A stretch of DNA of 64,000 nucleotides from Octopus vulgaris (taxonomy: Eukaryota). Positions within the stretch are counted from its first letter, which is position 1. Each line of letters begins with the position of its first letter. Positions 1-13,185 of this stretch are shown one piece after another. The DNA lies in contig OX597827.1 in NCBI GenBank assembly GCA_951406725.2, positions 11,470,001 through 11,534,000 of the forward strand, read 5' to 3'. The notes beneath the pieces were generated by a model. It made no database searches and was not told the DNA's origin. It was given only the letters and a program-made list of their open reading frames with translations. The translations under genes and the position numbers were made by a program.

Positions 1-16
1 TAATTGCAATGCATAC

Positions 17-60
<44 letters not shown>

Positions 61-67
61 CATACAT

Positions 68-122
<55 letters not shown>

Positions 123-129
123 CATACAT

Positions 130-181
<52 letters not shown>

Positions 182-228
182 ATATATAAGCATACATACA
201 TTATATATATATATATATATATATATGT
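1..228. repeat. (TA)n microsatellite with repeated catacatacatt spacer
   Basis: Several (TA)n runs, each preceded by catacatacatt. Confidence 0.95.
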
Positions 229-739
229 AGTTCTAGTGAAGAGAGTTAAGCCTTAATGAGAGAGATATTAATGAAAAAGACTTCGTAATAAAACAAGACA
301 AATTAAGATTTGATATGTACAAAGATTAGTCAGTAGTGCGTGTTTTATGTGTTCTCTCGTTAAACCTATTTCTTTGAGATAACTTCCTTAATTAAAATCT
401 CATTGGTTTTGCTGCAGACTATTTTGTCTGTTTATCTATGTGATTGCTTGTACTATGATTGTGAAATCACGCATTGCTCCAGTATGGTTTCAGTGGTAAT
501 GGTCGAAGCAAACTCTAACCATTTAGTTTTTTGTTCTTTTGTATTTGGTTTTGGTTTTGAGGAAGAAATTGTGTGCATGGGCCTTTTTTTGATCTTCAAT
601 GACTGGTGAATAATTGTAAGTGGCTGCATATTCCACAGATAAGTGTCTGTTTAATGTTAATTTTCAGACCAAATCAGTATGAAACAATGTAACAAGGCAG
701 AACATTTATATTAGAGATAAAAACGTAAGGGAGGAAGGC

Positions 740-893
740 TGAGAGAGAGAGTGAGAGAGAGGGAGGGAGAGAGAGAGAAAGAAAGAGAGAGAAAGAGAGA
801 GCGAGAGAGACAGAGAGAGAGAGAGAAAGAGGGAGAGAAAGAGAGAGAGACAGACAGACAGAGACAGAGACAGAGAGATAGAGAGAGACAGAC

Positions 894-924
<31 letters not shown>

Positions 925-967
925 CAGACAGACAGAGACAGACACACAGACAGACAGACAGACAGAC

Positions 968-1000
<33 letters not shown>

Positions 1001-1150
1001 GAGAAACAGAGAGAGAGAGAAACAGACAGACAGATAGGCAGAGACAGAGACAGAGAGACAGAGAGACAGGGAGAGAGACAAAGAGAGAGAGGAAGAGAGA
1101 ATGACAGACAGACTGACAGGTAGAGATAAAAAGACAGTGAGAGAGGGAGA
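740..1150. repeat. (GA)n/(GACA)n microsatellite
   Basis: Direct inspection; source of the RE- and SL-rich spurious ORFs. Confidence 0.95.
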
Positions 1151-1210
1151 AGAATCAACATCAGTACTTGATTGTACTTTATTTATGAGACCCTAGAAGT
1201 AAGAAAAGCA

Positions 1211-1213
<3 letters not shown>

Positions 1214-1248
<35 letters not shown>

Positions 1249-1706
1249 CTATATAAGTATTCATGTTCACATGTGTGCACGTGTGTGCAATATGCATGTG
1301 TATATGCAGGTTTGCGTGTGTGCCATGTGTGCATGTATGTGCATGTGTGTATACATGTGTGTGCATATGTGTTTGCATGTGTGTGTGCATGTGCATGCAG
1401 ATGTGTGTTCACATGTGTATGCACGTACATATGCACATGTTTGCAGTTGTATGTGCATGTGCTTATAGCATGTGCACGAATGTGTACATGTGTACATGTG
1501 CATGTACATTTACATGCATGTGTGCACACAAATGCAATATGTATGTGCATGTGTATACATATAGATGCATATGTGTGTATATGTATGTACATGTGCTTGT
1601 ACATATACATGTAAATGCATGTGTATGCAGTTGTGTAATCGTGTATGAGTGTGCTTGTGCATGTATGTATGCACATATGTATGTGTGTACCATGTGCTTC
1701 ATATAA
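1214..1706. repeat. (CA)n plus degenerate TGCA/TATG low-complexity tract
   Basis: Direct inspection. Confidence 0.9.
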
Positions 1707-2079
1707 CACCTCTAGTTAAAATTAGAAAATTGGTGTTGTATCAAAAATGCATTAACAATTCAATAAAGGAGAGATCAATAAAATTAGTATCACACTGATA
1801 TACTACCTGGGTCAATAGGATCAATTAAAAATCTTCAAAGTCAGTGCTCCAGCATGACCGCAAACTAGCAAGACTTGAACTCAGAATGCAGAATCAGGAT
1901 GAACTACATATGGTATTCTAATCTGGCATTTTAACGACACTGCTTTCCAGATGCACTCACTGGACATACATAAGAACGCAGATGCATACGCACATGCACA
2001 CATGTTCTGTCTGAACATACAGCGGTGGTGCCCCAGCATGGCCACGGCCTTCGGGCTAAGACATTTTTAAGGATTTATA

Positions 2080-3120
2080 CAGACACACACTGAACACATA
2101 CACACACACACACACACTGACTGAACATGCACATGCATACACATTGATGAGATATACACTTGCTGAACTCATGTACACACACACACACACACACGCACAC
2201 ATGAAAACTCACACCAAACATACAAGCACACACTGAACACACATGCAAAGCCACACACACACACACACACCCATACATACATTGTACATGCACACATTCA
2301 GTGAAAGCTACATACACACACTTGCTGAACATACACACATACATGCAAACTCACACAGAGCGTAGATACACTCAATGAACTCACGCACACATACACAGTG
2401 AAAGATACATGCAGTTGATGAACATACACACACACACACACTTACAGACTAACTCACTCTGAGTATAGATACACTCACTGAAAACAAACACACACATATT
2501 CAAACACATAAACACACACACACACACAAACTCAGTGAACATGTACACACACACTCAGTGAAAGATACCTACACTAGCTGAATACACACACACACAGTCT
2601 AACACTTGAGCATAGACGCACTCACTGAATAAAAATGCACTCACACACACACAAGAACGTATACACACACACACACAAGAACGTATACACACATACATTG
2701 GTTATAACACACACACACACATGAATGGATACACACACACACACATGAACGCATACACACACACACACAAGAACGTGCACACACATACATTGGTTATAAC
2801 ACACACACACACATGAATGGATACACACACACACACATGAACGCATACACACACACACACACACAAGAACGTACACACACACACAAGAATGTGCACACAC
2901 ATACATCAGTTATAACACACACACACACATGAACACATACACACACATGCATATACAAGAACGTGCACACACGTACATCAGTTATAACACACACACACAT
3001 GAATGCATACACATACACACATGAATGCATACACACACACACATGAACGCATACACACACACGCATACACAAGAACGTGCACACACATACATTGGTTATA
3101 ACACATACACTCACACACAT
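2080..3120. repeat. (CA)n-rich tract with a higher-order unit (caagaacgtgcacacacatacattggttataac) at about 2640-3110
   Basis: Unit markers recur about 5 times. Confidence 0.85.
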
Positions 3121-3849
3121 TCTTTTATTGTTTCGTTCTGTTTTTGTTGTCCTTGCTACAACAAAACCCCCTTTCTAATCCAGATATGCCCACCTCCCAC
3201 TCCAATTCAATTTTCAGTTATGAAATTCACCCAACAAAACAAAACTCTTGAGGTTTCCTTAAGTGTGAATCTTTTTTGGGGGATGAAAACATAAAATTCT
3301 CTCCAGAAAGAAAGAGGAAAAACACAAGAGGAAAATTGAAAATTATAAAAGGAAATAATTTCCTTTATCTTCATGGAATCATAATATCTTATTATAATGT
3401 TCCATAAATAAGATCGACATTCGTATTTACTCAAAGCCAACACTGAAGTCCTCTACATGGTTACCCAATTTGCTAGATATAGCAGCTAAATCTCTTTCAG
3501 GTACAAGATTTCTTTTTAAAATATTTGCATGATGAATGACAGCTAGGAAATCCTTTGATCTGTAATCTGCTCAGATAAAGTTGGTTAATTATATCCCTTC
3601 ATCGGAGACGGTGTGAGAGGATGGTTAAGTAATAATTCATTTAGATAGGATACAAAATAGAGAGTGAGGTGGAGGAAAGAAAATAGATGTGAAATATGTA
3701 GGCATATTGAATTTGCAGATCCATTTTTTAGGCAGAATGGTATATATGTAAGATTCCAATACCTTATGAGAAAAACCCAACGGTATCTAAAATTGTTCAT
3801 TCCAAGTATAGAGTTTGTACACAATGTAAGATTCCAATATCTTATGAGT

Positions 3850-3887
<38 letters not shown>

Positions 3888-3893
<6 letters not shown>

Positions 3894-4097
3894 AAAATGT
3901 GACCGCGTGTGTACCGTTGGCGATTTTTTTCCTCTGTCTTCCCTTCTCTGGATCTTTCCTTCTCCTATGTTTCCGATGAAGAGCTCCACTCGAAACGTTA
4001 AACCCTCCTTCTTTCCTTCTTTCCTGAGCATCCAATAATACTATATTTATTCCACGTCCTCACGTTGTTGTGTTTTTTTGTGCTTTCTTGTTTGGAT

Positions 4098-4101
<4 letters not shown>
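3888..4101 (+). mobile_element. (TA)n-flanked short non-autonomous element with hammerhead-like motif (3970-4002)
   Basis: ttt CCGATGA a gag-ctcca-ctc GAAAC GTT aaa; second copy at 35895-36086; (TA)n on both sides. Confidence 0.7.
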
Positions 4102-4152
<51 letters not shown>

Positions 4153-5699
4153 ATATACATATACACTCATGTATATGTGATGGGCTCCTCACAGTTTCCA
4201 TCAACCAAGTTTCACATAGGCGTTATTGGTTAATCCAAGGCTATGGCTGATGACACTTGCAAGACATACCAAGCAGTTGGTTTGATTTCTATATCACAAG
4301 GTTGCAAAATGAATATATTAAGTGCACAGCTATGTCTGTAACTATGTAAATCATGCCTTAACTAAAAAAAAAACAAATAAAAGGTAACTATAAAAAGTAA
4401 CATTCCATTTCAGAAAGAATTGAAACAAATTCTTTTTTGTCGTCTTTTCCAATGCCATTTCACCTACCAAAGTAAAATGTCATGATGTGTATCAAATGAT
4501 GTCAGGTAAATAATAAAATAACTTCAAAGGTTAAAAGATTAGAACGGTAGATAAAAATGGGACTTGAGAGACAAATCTAGAATTGAACTTATAATTTAAA
4601 CAGAAATTTCTTCTTATGCTAGAAACATATTTTTAGCATATAAAACTAAAATAATTTTACTTTAGATAATAAAAATGTCAAATTTCAAAATTTCTAACAA
4701 GTTGCAATTATCTCTGTTTAAACCTCCACTTTATCATCGAGCAGCATGGCTAAACAAAAGAAAACGAAAACAATAAGAATTCCTAACAACTTTCATACAT
4801 ATCTTGCTTTCTTTAAATCTGGTTCTACATTCATGTACATCATTCTTATTTTCTTTCACAAAACAGTTAGAATTTCATTTAAATATTTCAAATGTCACAC
4901 ATTTTCATATCATTTCCATTTTTCTGTCGACATTTCTAAGTAATCATTTCATAAATTTGACTTAAGATTTCTCATTTCATTTACATATTCTGACAGTTTT
5001 TAATGCAGATGTTTGGATATTAAAATCTAAATTATATATATATATATATTTGTTTATGAAAGAAAACATAAAACAATCCTTAAACAAATCCATGATTTTT
5101 CTTTCGGGTATAAATGATGCCAGTAAAATGAAATATTTAAATGAAGGGTGAATGAGTTTAAAATTCGAGTTTAATATTGTCTCAGAAACTTCTTTCTTTT
5201 CATTCCATTGTTTGACTGTTATCATCCTTAAGATATTTAATTTCCGATTACAAAGAAAAAATGTGTATATTTGCATGCGTATATATATATATACATATAT
5301 ATGATACATGTATATCTATATTTATGCTTATATATATATATGTATAGCATTCTGTTAATGGAAAACAGTGATAGTAATGCTAAAAGGAAATAGAATAACT
5401 GGCTGTCACTCTACACTGTATATAATTAAATTCTTGCCATATATAATTAAAATTGAAATTATATACACCATTTTTTTCTTTTCTTTTTAATTCATAATAG
5501 CAAACTGTAGTAGTTGTTAATTTCACTGAAGTTTGCTTTCAGCTATCACTGAAATGCACACCTGTAAATTAATTAGCAACATAAGAATGTCAGCATGTTT
5601 TAGTTAGGAAATAAACAGTAGAGTTGAAGAAACTAGGTTATTATATATGAATTTGTATATATATGTGTGTGTGTGTGTGTGTAAATATATAAATATATA

Positions 5700-5756
<57 letters not shown>

Positions 5757-5773
5757 AAATATATAAATATATA

Positions 5774-5819
<46 letters not shown>

Positions 5820-6134
5820 TATATATTTATATATTTACACACACACACACACATACACTATATATATATATATAGACACATGTACACACACAAATATATT
5901 ATATGTGTATGCACGTGTGTGCTTGTATATTTTAAAATTTAAACATCTGAGACATTAACATAAGGAATGACTCAATACAAAATGTAATGTTGTAGTATAT
6001 ATTAAATAGAAGCTACAATTGTGACTTTGAAGTTCACATTGGATTGGCTTCTCAAAAAAATAATCTGATAAACTGTTTGACAAATTGATTTGGTGATTCT
6101 TTGAAAGCACAGCCTTTATATATGTATATCTGCA

Positions 6135-6322
6135 GATGCATGCATGCATGTATGTATGTATGTATGTATGTATGTATGTATGTATGTATGTATGTATGTA
6201 TGTATGTATGTATGTATGTATGTATGTGTGTGTGTATGTATGTATGTATGTATGTATGTATGTATGCATGTATGTGTGTGTGTATGTGTATGTATGTATG
6301 TATGTATGTATGTATGTATGTA

Positions 6323-6353
<31 letters not shown>

Positions 6354-7310
6354 ATGTATGTATGTATGTATGTATGTATGTATGTATGTATGTGTGTGTA
6401 TGTGTATGTATGTATGTATGTATGTATGCATGTATGTATGTAAGTATGTATGTATGCATGCATGTATGTATGTATGTATGTATGTATGTATGTATGTATG
6501 TATGTATGTATGTATGTATGTATGTATGTATGTATGTATGTATGTGTGTGTGTGTATGTGTATGTATGTATGTATGTATGTATGTATGTATGTATGCATG
6601 CATGCATGCATGTATGTATGTATGTATGTATGTATGTATGTATGTATGTGTGTGTATGTGTATGTATGTATGTATGTATGTATGTATGTATGTATGCATG
6701 CATGCATGTATGTATGTATGTATGTAAGTATGTAAGTATGTATGTATGTATATATGTGTGTATGTATGTATGTATGTATGTATGTATGTATGTATGTATG
6801 TATGTATGCATGCATGCATGCATGTATCTATGTATGTATGTATGTATGTGTGTGTGTGTATGTGTATGTATGTATGTATGTATGTATGTATGTATGTATG
6901 CATGCATGCATGTATGTATGTATGTATGTAAGTATGTAAGTATGTATGTATGTATATATGTGTGTATGTATGTATGTATGTATGTATGTATGTATGTATG
7001 TATGTATGTATGTATGCATGTATGTATGTAAGTATGTATGCATGCATGTATGTATGTATATATATGTATGTAAGTATGTATGCATGCATGTATGTATGTA
7101 TGTATGTATGTATGTATGTATTATGTATGTTTGTATGTATGTATGTATGTATGTATGTATGTATGTATGTATGTATGTATGTATGTTTGTATGTATGCAT
7201 GCATGTATGTATGTATGTATGTATGTGTGTATGTATGTATGTATGCATGTATGTATGTATGTATGCATGCATGTATGTATATGTTTATGCATGCATTTGT
7301 GTGTGTGTGT
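6135..7310. repeat. (TATG)n tetranucleotide array, about 1.2 kb
   Basis: Direct inspection; variant blocks are internally duplicated. Confidence 0.97.
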
Positions 7311-7494
7311 GGATGTATTTATGGTAATGAGCAGAACAAAATACCAAAGTAAACAATAGTGTAAATAAGGTACAGTTCATTCAATTCATTTAAACAGAAC
7401 CAAGCAGAAATCCCGGTTTTCATCAAATATGAATGCACCTTCCCATGCTTAAATCTTATGTCTGCCATTTTGGTTAGAGATATTTGGAGAGTAT

Positions 7495-8096
7495 AAGGCG
7501 GCAAGCTAGCAGAAACGTTAGCACGTCGGATGAAATGTGTAGCCGTATTTCGTTTGTCGTTACGTTCTGAGTTCAAATTCTGCCGAGGTCGACTTTGCCT
7601 TTCATCCTTTCGGGGGTCGATAAATTAAGTACCAGTTACACACTGGGGTCGATGTTATCGACTTAATCCATTTGTCTGTCCTTGTTTGTCCTCTCTGTGT
7701 TTAACCCCTTGTGGGTAGTAAAGAAATAGGTATTTTGTCTGCTGTTACGTTCTGAGTTCAAATTCTGCCAAGGTCGACTTTGCCTTTCATCCTTTCGGGG
7801 GTCGATAAATTAAGTACCAGTTACACAGTGGGGTCGATGTAATCGACTTAATCCGTTTGTCTGTCCTTGTTTGTCCCTTCTGTGTTTAGCCCCTTGTGGG
7901 TAGTAAAGAAATAGGTATTTTGTCTGCTGTTATGTTCTGAGTTCAAATTCTGCCGAGGTCGACTTTGCCTTTCATCCTTTCGGGGTCGATAAATTAAGTA
8001 CCAGTTACACACTGGGGTCTATGTAATCGACTTAATCCGTTTGTCTGTCCTTGTTTGTCCCCTCTATGTGTAACCCCTTGTGGATAGTAAAGAAAC
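7495..8096 (+). mobile_element. tRNA-related SINE family B with its body triplicated head-to-tail (185-bp unit)
   Basis: gttctgagttcaaattc at 7564, 7749 and 7934; 14-bp TSD agatatttggagag at 7478-7491 and 8097-8110. Confidence 0.9.
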
Positions 8097-8672
8097 AGAT
8101 ATTTGGAGAGCAAATGAAAACAAAGTATTTTGGCTCGTCAACACTAGATTTGTAGTAGATAAAGGAATAGGAAAAGATGAAGTAAATAGTCAGGGGCCAT
8201 GGTCAGATAACCACTTCTAAACTGTGTATGAGGTAAGGTTCAGGGTATACACTGAATAAAACTATCCATATGATTTACAGAAGTTCACAGCAGTTTGTGG
8301 CATATAAGTGTTTTTGTCCAAAGCAGTATTTCTATGCCCACAATTATGTTTAGCTCCTATATAGAATAACCTGATCTCCTCCTCCTTCAAACAACAGCAG
8401 TAATTTTATTCAGCTGAATACACGTCACTGATTTGTTGAAATTACCAAAATACGACAACTTTAACGTGAAGTAACTTCGTAAATATAGGCTTTTCTCAAA
8501 AACACTAAGAGTAAAAGATATTTTTATAGTCCAAAGTTTGAAAGTGTTTAGTTACAAAAAATTATTTTTTAAATCTGTCGGTCAAAAGGTAAAGATCCAT
8601 TTTATTAGAATGTTTGTTAGAAAAAGAGAAAATCCCAAAATAGAACAGAAATCAATACTCATATATAATAAA

Positions 8673-9058
8673 CTAGCAGTATCACCCGGTGTTGCTTGGG
8701 TTTGTTTCAACCCTTTAGAATTGGAATTTTTGAAAAGTAAATTTTGCATTATGCAACTTGTCATTCTCTTCAAGTGAACATTTTTCCAGTTGAAATACAC
8801 CGAAAAATGGTGACACAGCAGTCAAAAATCATTAAAAATAGCGATTTTCATAGAAAAAAGCACCTTTTTGATGTAAATAATTTTTGGTGTTAACATGGTC
8901 CGATTTGAATTTTATCTTCTACAGAATGAAGAGCAAGCCTTCTTCTATCATACTCTCAATTTTGGTCAACTTGCGCTGCAGGGTCTCGAAGGAGATAGTG
9001 TTAGTTGAAGGCTACCAAACCTGCCATACGCAGACAACTTCAGCTTTATATATATAGA
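8673..9058 (-). mobile_element. Non-autonomous Helitron
   Basis: Minus strand starts TCTATATATA and ends with a cccaagcaacaccggg hairpin followed by CTAG, at an A^T site. Confidence 0.8.
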
Positions 9059-9728
9059 TTTGCTACACACTACTTTCCATCCTTAATAATGAAACTTGGT
9101 AGATCCAAAAGTTAAACACACAGACACACACAGACACACAAGTTGAGTTTCATATATATACATTTCTCAACGGGGATTTCAGGGAGTCGCTGGTGATGTA
9201 TCGTGATGATCAAAAATCCGGCCTGCTAAAATTTGGTTAAAGTGATTCAAACTGCAGACTCAACGCAAAATGGTCACATTTAATTCAAAGTGTTAAAAAT
9301 GTTATGAAAACAATTGGTATGTGTTCACAAAGTCCAAACGATTAATACGAAAAAACCCTCCAGGCTACATTCCGAAAATTCATTTCTTTGCCGAATTTCT
9401 ACAATGTTTACTGCGATTCGTTTTTATATCTTGATTTTTTATTTTTCATGCAATTTACGCATGCTTGCACGTGTGGTGAACACAGTTTACGTCAAACAGC
9501 TGACTGAGTAAAGTTCACTATTCAATGCATGGGATAAGGCCTAAACAAACACATTATCGATTTTTGCACTTGTGAGATGAATTTCGGAACAGAAACAGCG
9601 TAGTTCAATTTTCATTCGCCTAAACTTTAAGCGACCCACTTTTGGTGGTTCTACGATTTGTTGGCTAGGAGGAGATGTGCCGGGAAGTTAAACACACAGA
9701 CGCATAAGCTGAGTTTTATATATATAGA
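9059..9728 (-). mobile_element. Helitron-related segment with two further 5'-end-like motifs
   Basis: gttaaacacacagac...gagtttt(c)atatatata at about 9110-9160 and 9687-9728. Confidence 0.5.
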
Positions 9729-9999
9729 TTATTAAAAAAGGTGTTATTATATATGGCATTAAGGTAATGAACTGGCAGAATCATTAGCATGCCAGACATA
9801 AGGTTTAGCAGCATTTCATTTATGTTCTGAGTTCAAATCTTGCCAAGGTCAGTTTTTCACTTCATCCTTTAGGAGGTCATTACAATATGTACCAGACAAG
9901 CACTGGAGTCGATATAATCAACTAGCCCTGCCCCATAAAATTTTCAGGCCTTACACCGATAGTAGAAAGAAAAATTATATGTTATATAAGGTGTTGTTA

Positions 10000-10154
10000 T
10001 CATCATCATCATCATCATCATCATCGTTTAGCGTCCGCTTTCCATGCTGGCATGGGTTGGACGGTGAAACTGGGGTCTGGGAAGCCAGAAGGCTGCACCA
10101 GGCCCAGTCTGATCTGGCAATGTTTCTACGGGTGGATGCCCTTCCTAATGCCAA
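10000..10154 (-). mobile_element. SINE/LINE-tail family D 3' fragment ending in (GAT)n
   Basis: Matches 11940-12087, 48896-49086 and 63535-63753. Confidence 0.8.
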
Positions 10155-11031
10155 ATAATAAATAAAATTTGTACAAACTTTGGTACAAATATTTTACTCT
10201 TCTCTGAGGTATTCAAATTACACTGATTAAAGAAGTTATAATAATAATGTGTATGTGTGTGCATGTTTGTATGTGTATATATGTGTGTATTTGTGTTTGA
10301 GTGTATGTATGTGCATGTGTGTATGTGTACACGTTTTGCTTGTGTGTGTTTATGTGTGTTGATGAGTATAAAACAACAAAGAAATGAATTAAAAGCAAAT
10401 ATCTATCAAGGAAAGTTACACTTACAATTGGTATTGTAACATAAGTCATTTACGTAATTTAGTTATATGAGGTAAAAAATGAAACCTTACTAAAACCTAA
10501 CAGGAGAATTTTAATTCGTATAAGTTTCAAAATTACTTGAAATAAGGTGTTAAGTAAAGGAGGTAAACTCACATTTATTTACAAATGTTTGAAGTAGCTT
10601 TGGATAGGTTTTTTTTAATGAAAAGGAAAGAAAAAGAAAAGGTGTATCAAATATGAAAAAGTGTTTATAAAGCTATATTAAATGTTGGCAAAAATAAATA
10701 TGTGCGTGTGAAATATTGTATATTAATAAAAAGGGTATTAGGATAATTAAATATATAAACTTACTTAAATCTAATTTTCGTTATTTTAAAGATTTACATT
10801 ACTTAAAAAAAAAAAAAAAAATTCAGGGATCCATTAAACAATTTTAATAAGTATAAATATTAGCTTATAGTATGGGTTGGCGAGAATTAAGGTGTAAACA
10901 GATGTAAAAAATAGGAGAAATATTGAGACTAGTTTAGAAAATGGATGAATAACAAGAATGTAGCATAAAGGTGGTAAGCCTAAAAAGAAACAAACCTCTA
11001 AGGGAAAAATGTTAACAACTAACCTTCTGTA

Positions 11032-11421
11032 TACTCTTTTACTCTTTTACTTGTTTCAGTCATTTGACTGTGGCCATGCTGGAGCAAATCGACCCCGGGA
11101 CTTATTCTTTGTAAGCCCAGTACTTATTCTATCGGTCTCTTTGGCCGAACTGCTAAGTGACGGGGACGTAAACACACCAGCATCGGTTGTCAAGCAATGC
11201 TTGGGAGACAAACACAGACACACAAACACTCACACACATATATATATATACATATATGCGACAGGCTTCTTTCAGTTTCCGTCTACCAAATCCACTCACA
11301 AGGCATTGGTCGGCCCGGGGCTATAGCAGAAGACACTTGCCCAAGATGCCACGCAGTGGGACTGAACCCGGAACCATGTGGTTGGTTAGCAAGCTACTTA
11401 CCACACAGCCACTCCTGCGCC
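11032..11421 (-). mobile_element. tRNA-derived SINE family A (about 400 bp, internal microsatellite, AAAAGAGT-type tail)
   Basis: Minus-strand head ggcgcaggagTGGCTGTGTGG...GGGTTCAGTCCC (A/B boxes); more than 12 similar copies in the window. Confidence 0.92.
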
Positions 11422-11444
11422 TATGTGAATATTCTTTTATTCTT

Positions 11445-12220
11445 TTATTCTTTTATTCTTTTACTTGTTTCAGTCGTTTGACTGTGGGCATGCTGGAACA
11501 CCGCTTTTAAGGGTTTTTTAGTGGAACAATTGACTCCAGGGATTATTCTTTTTTAAAGCCTAGTACATATTCTGTCGGTCTCTCTTGCCAAACTCTGAAG
11601 TTATGGGGACATAAATAAACCAAGGCTGGTTGTCAAGCAGTAATGGGGGGACAAACACAGATACAAACACACACACACACACACTCACACACACACATCA
11701 AACCAAATCAAATCAGATATCAGAAAGCAGAACCAAAATCAAAGTCGATCAACATCAATGGAAATTGCAGCTGTGGTTAAGCAAACCATCCGATTGTGGC
11801 CGTTGCCAGCGCCACCCCGACTGGCCTCCGTGCCAGTGGCACGTAAAAGCACCATCCGTTCATGACTGTTTGCCAGCTCCGTCTGGCACCTGTGCGGGTG
11901 GCACGTAAAAAGCACCCACTACACTCGCGGAGTGGTTGGCATTAGGAAGGGCATCCAGCTGTAGAAACACTGCCAGATCAGACTGGAGCCTGGTGCAGCC
12001 CCTGGCTTCCCAGACCCCGGTCGAACCATCCAACCCATGCTAGCACGGAAAACGGACGTTAAACGATGATGATGATGATGATGATGATATATATATATAT
12101 ATGACAGGCTTCTTTCAGTTTCTGTCTAAATTCACTCAAGGCTTTGGTTGGCCTAAGGCTACAGTAAAAGACACTTTCCCAAGGTGTCACTCAATGGCTA
12201 TGAAGCGGGTTTCTTACCAA
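11445..12220. mobile_element. Older family A SINE (-) with a family D element (+, about 11700-12087) nested in its internal microsatellite
   Basis: Family A halves flank a D element that ends in (GAT)n. Confidence 0.75.
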
Positions 12221-12255
12221 CAGGGGAAATAGACTCATGATAACATATATTAAAT

Positions 12256-12580
12256 GTGGAGGTGCATGGCTCAGTGGTTAGAGTGTCAAGCTTACAATCG
12301 TGAGGTAGTAAGTTTGATTCCTGGACTAGGCTGTGTGTGTTGTGTTCTTGAGCAAGACACTTTATTTCTTGTTGTTCCAGTTCACTGAGCTGTTGAACTG
12401 AGTTGCGATGTCAGTGGTGCCAAACTGTATCAACCTAAGCCTTTCCCTGGGATACCATCAGTGGCTGGTATGCATGAGTGACTGCTGGTCTTCCATAAAC
12501 AACCTTGCCTGGACTTGTGCATCGGAGGGTAACTTTCTAGGTGCAATCCCATCGTTATTCGTGACTGAAGGGGGTCACCC
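12256..12580 (+). mobile_element. tRNA-derived SINE family E
   Basis: TGGCTCAGTGG A box, AGTTTGATTCC B-like box, cttgagcaagacacttt central motif. Confidence 0.7.
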
Positions 12581-12770
12581 CAATATTTATATAGAAATTA
12601 AAAAGTGGTGAGCAGGTGGAATTATTACTGTTGTGGACAAAATACTTATCGGCATCCTGTCTGTCTTTATGTACTGAGTTCAAATTCCACCAGGGTCAAC
12701 TTTACCTTTCATCCATTTGGGGCTGATAAAATAAGTACCAGTTGAGCTCTGGGGTCGCTGTAATCAAATT

Positions 12771-13185
12771 ACTCTCTTTACCCTTTTACTCTTTTACCTG
12801 TTTCAGTCATTTGACTGCGGCCATGCTGGAGCACCGCCTTTAGTCGAGCAAATCGACCCCGGGACTTATTCTTTGTAAGCCTAGTACTTATTCTATTGGT
12901 TTATTTTGCTGAACCACTAAGTTACGGGGACGTAAACACACCAGCATCGGTTGTCAAGCAATGCTAGGGGGACAAACACAGACACACAAACACACACACA
13001 CACATATATATATATATACATATATACGACAGGCTTCTTTCAGTTTCCGTCTACCAAATCCACTCACAAGGCATTGGTCGGCCTGGAGCTATAGTAGAAG
13101 ACACTTGCCCAAGATGCCATGCAGTGGGACTGAACCCGGAACCATGTGGCTGGTTAGCAAGCTACTTACCACACAGCCACTCCTG
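12771..13185 (-). mobile_element. SINE family A, between degraded family B copies at 12605-12770 and 13220-13440
   Basis: Near-identity to other family A copies. Confidence 0.92.

Noticed and set aside
4718-5000. Minus-strand frame of about 94 codons interrupted only by five TGA codons, reading protein-like if TGA=Trp
   Set aside because: No start, homology or context. A few such frames are expected by chance in this much AT-rich DNA, and there is no evidence of a NUMT or mollicute insert.
7495-8096. CRISPR-like regular repeats
   Set aside because: Units are contiguous SINE bodies without unique spacers; eukaryotic context and no cas genes
11187-11510. Recurrent ORF RQASFSFRLPNPLTRHWSARGYSRRHLPKMPRSGTEPGTMW seen many times
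   Set aside because: Antisense translation of SINE family A, not a gene family
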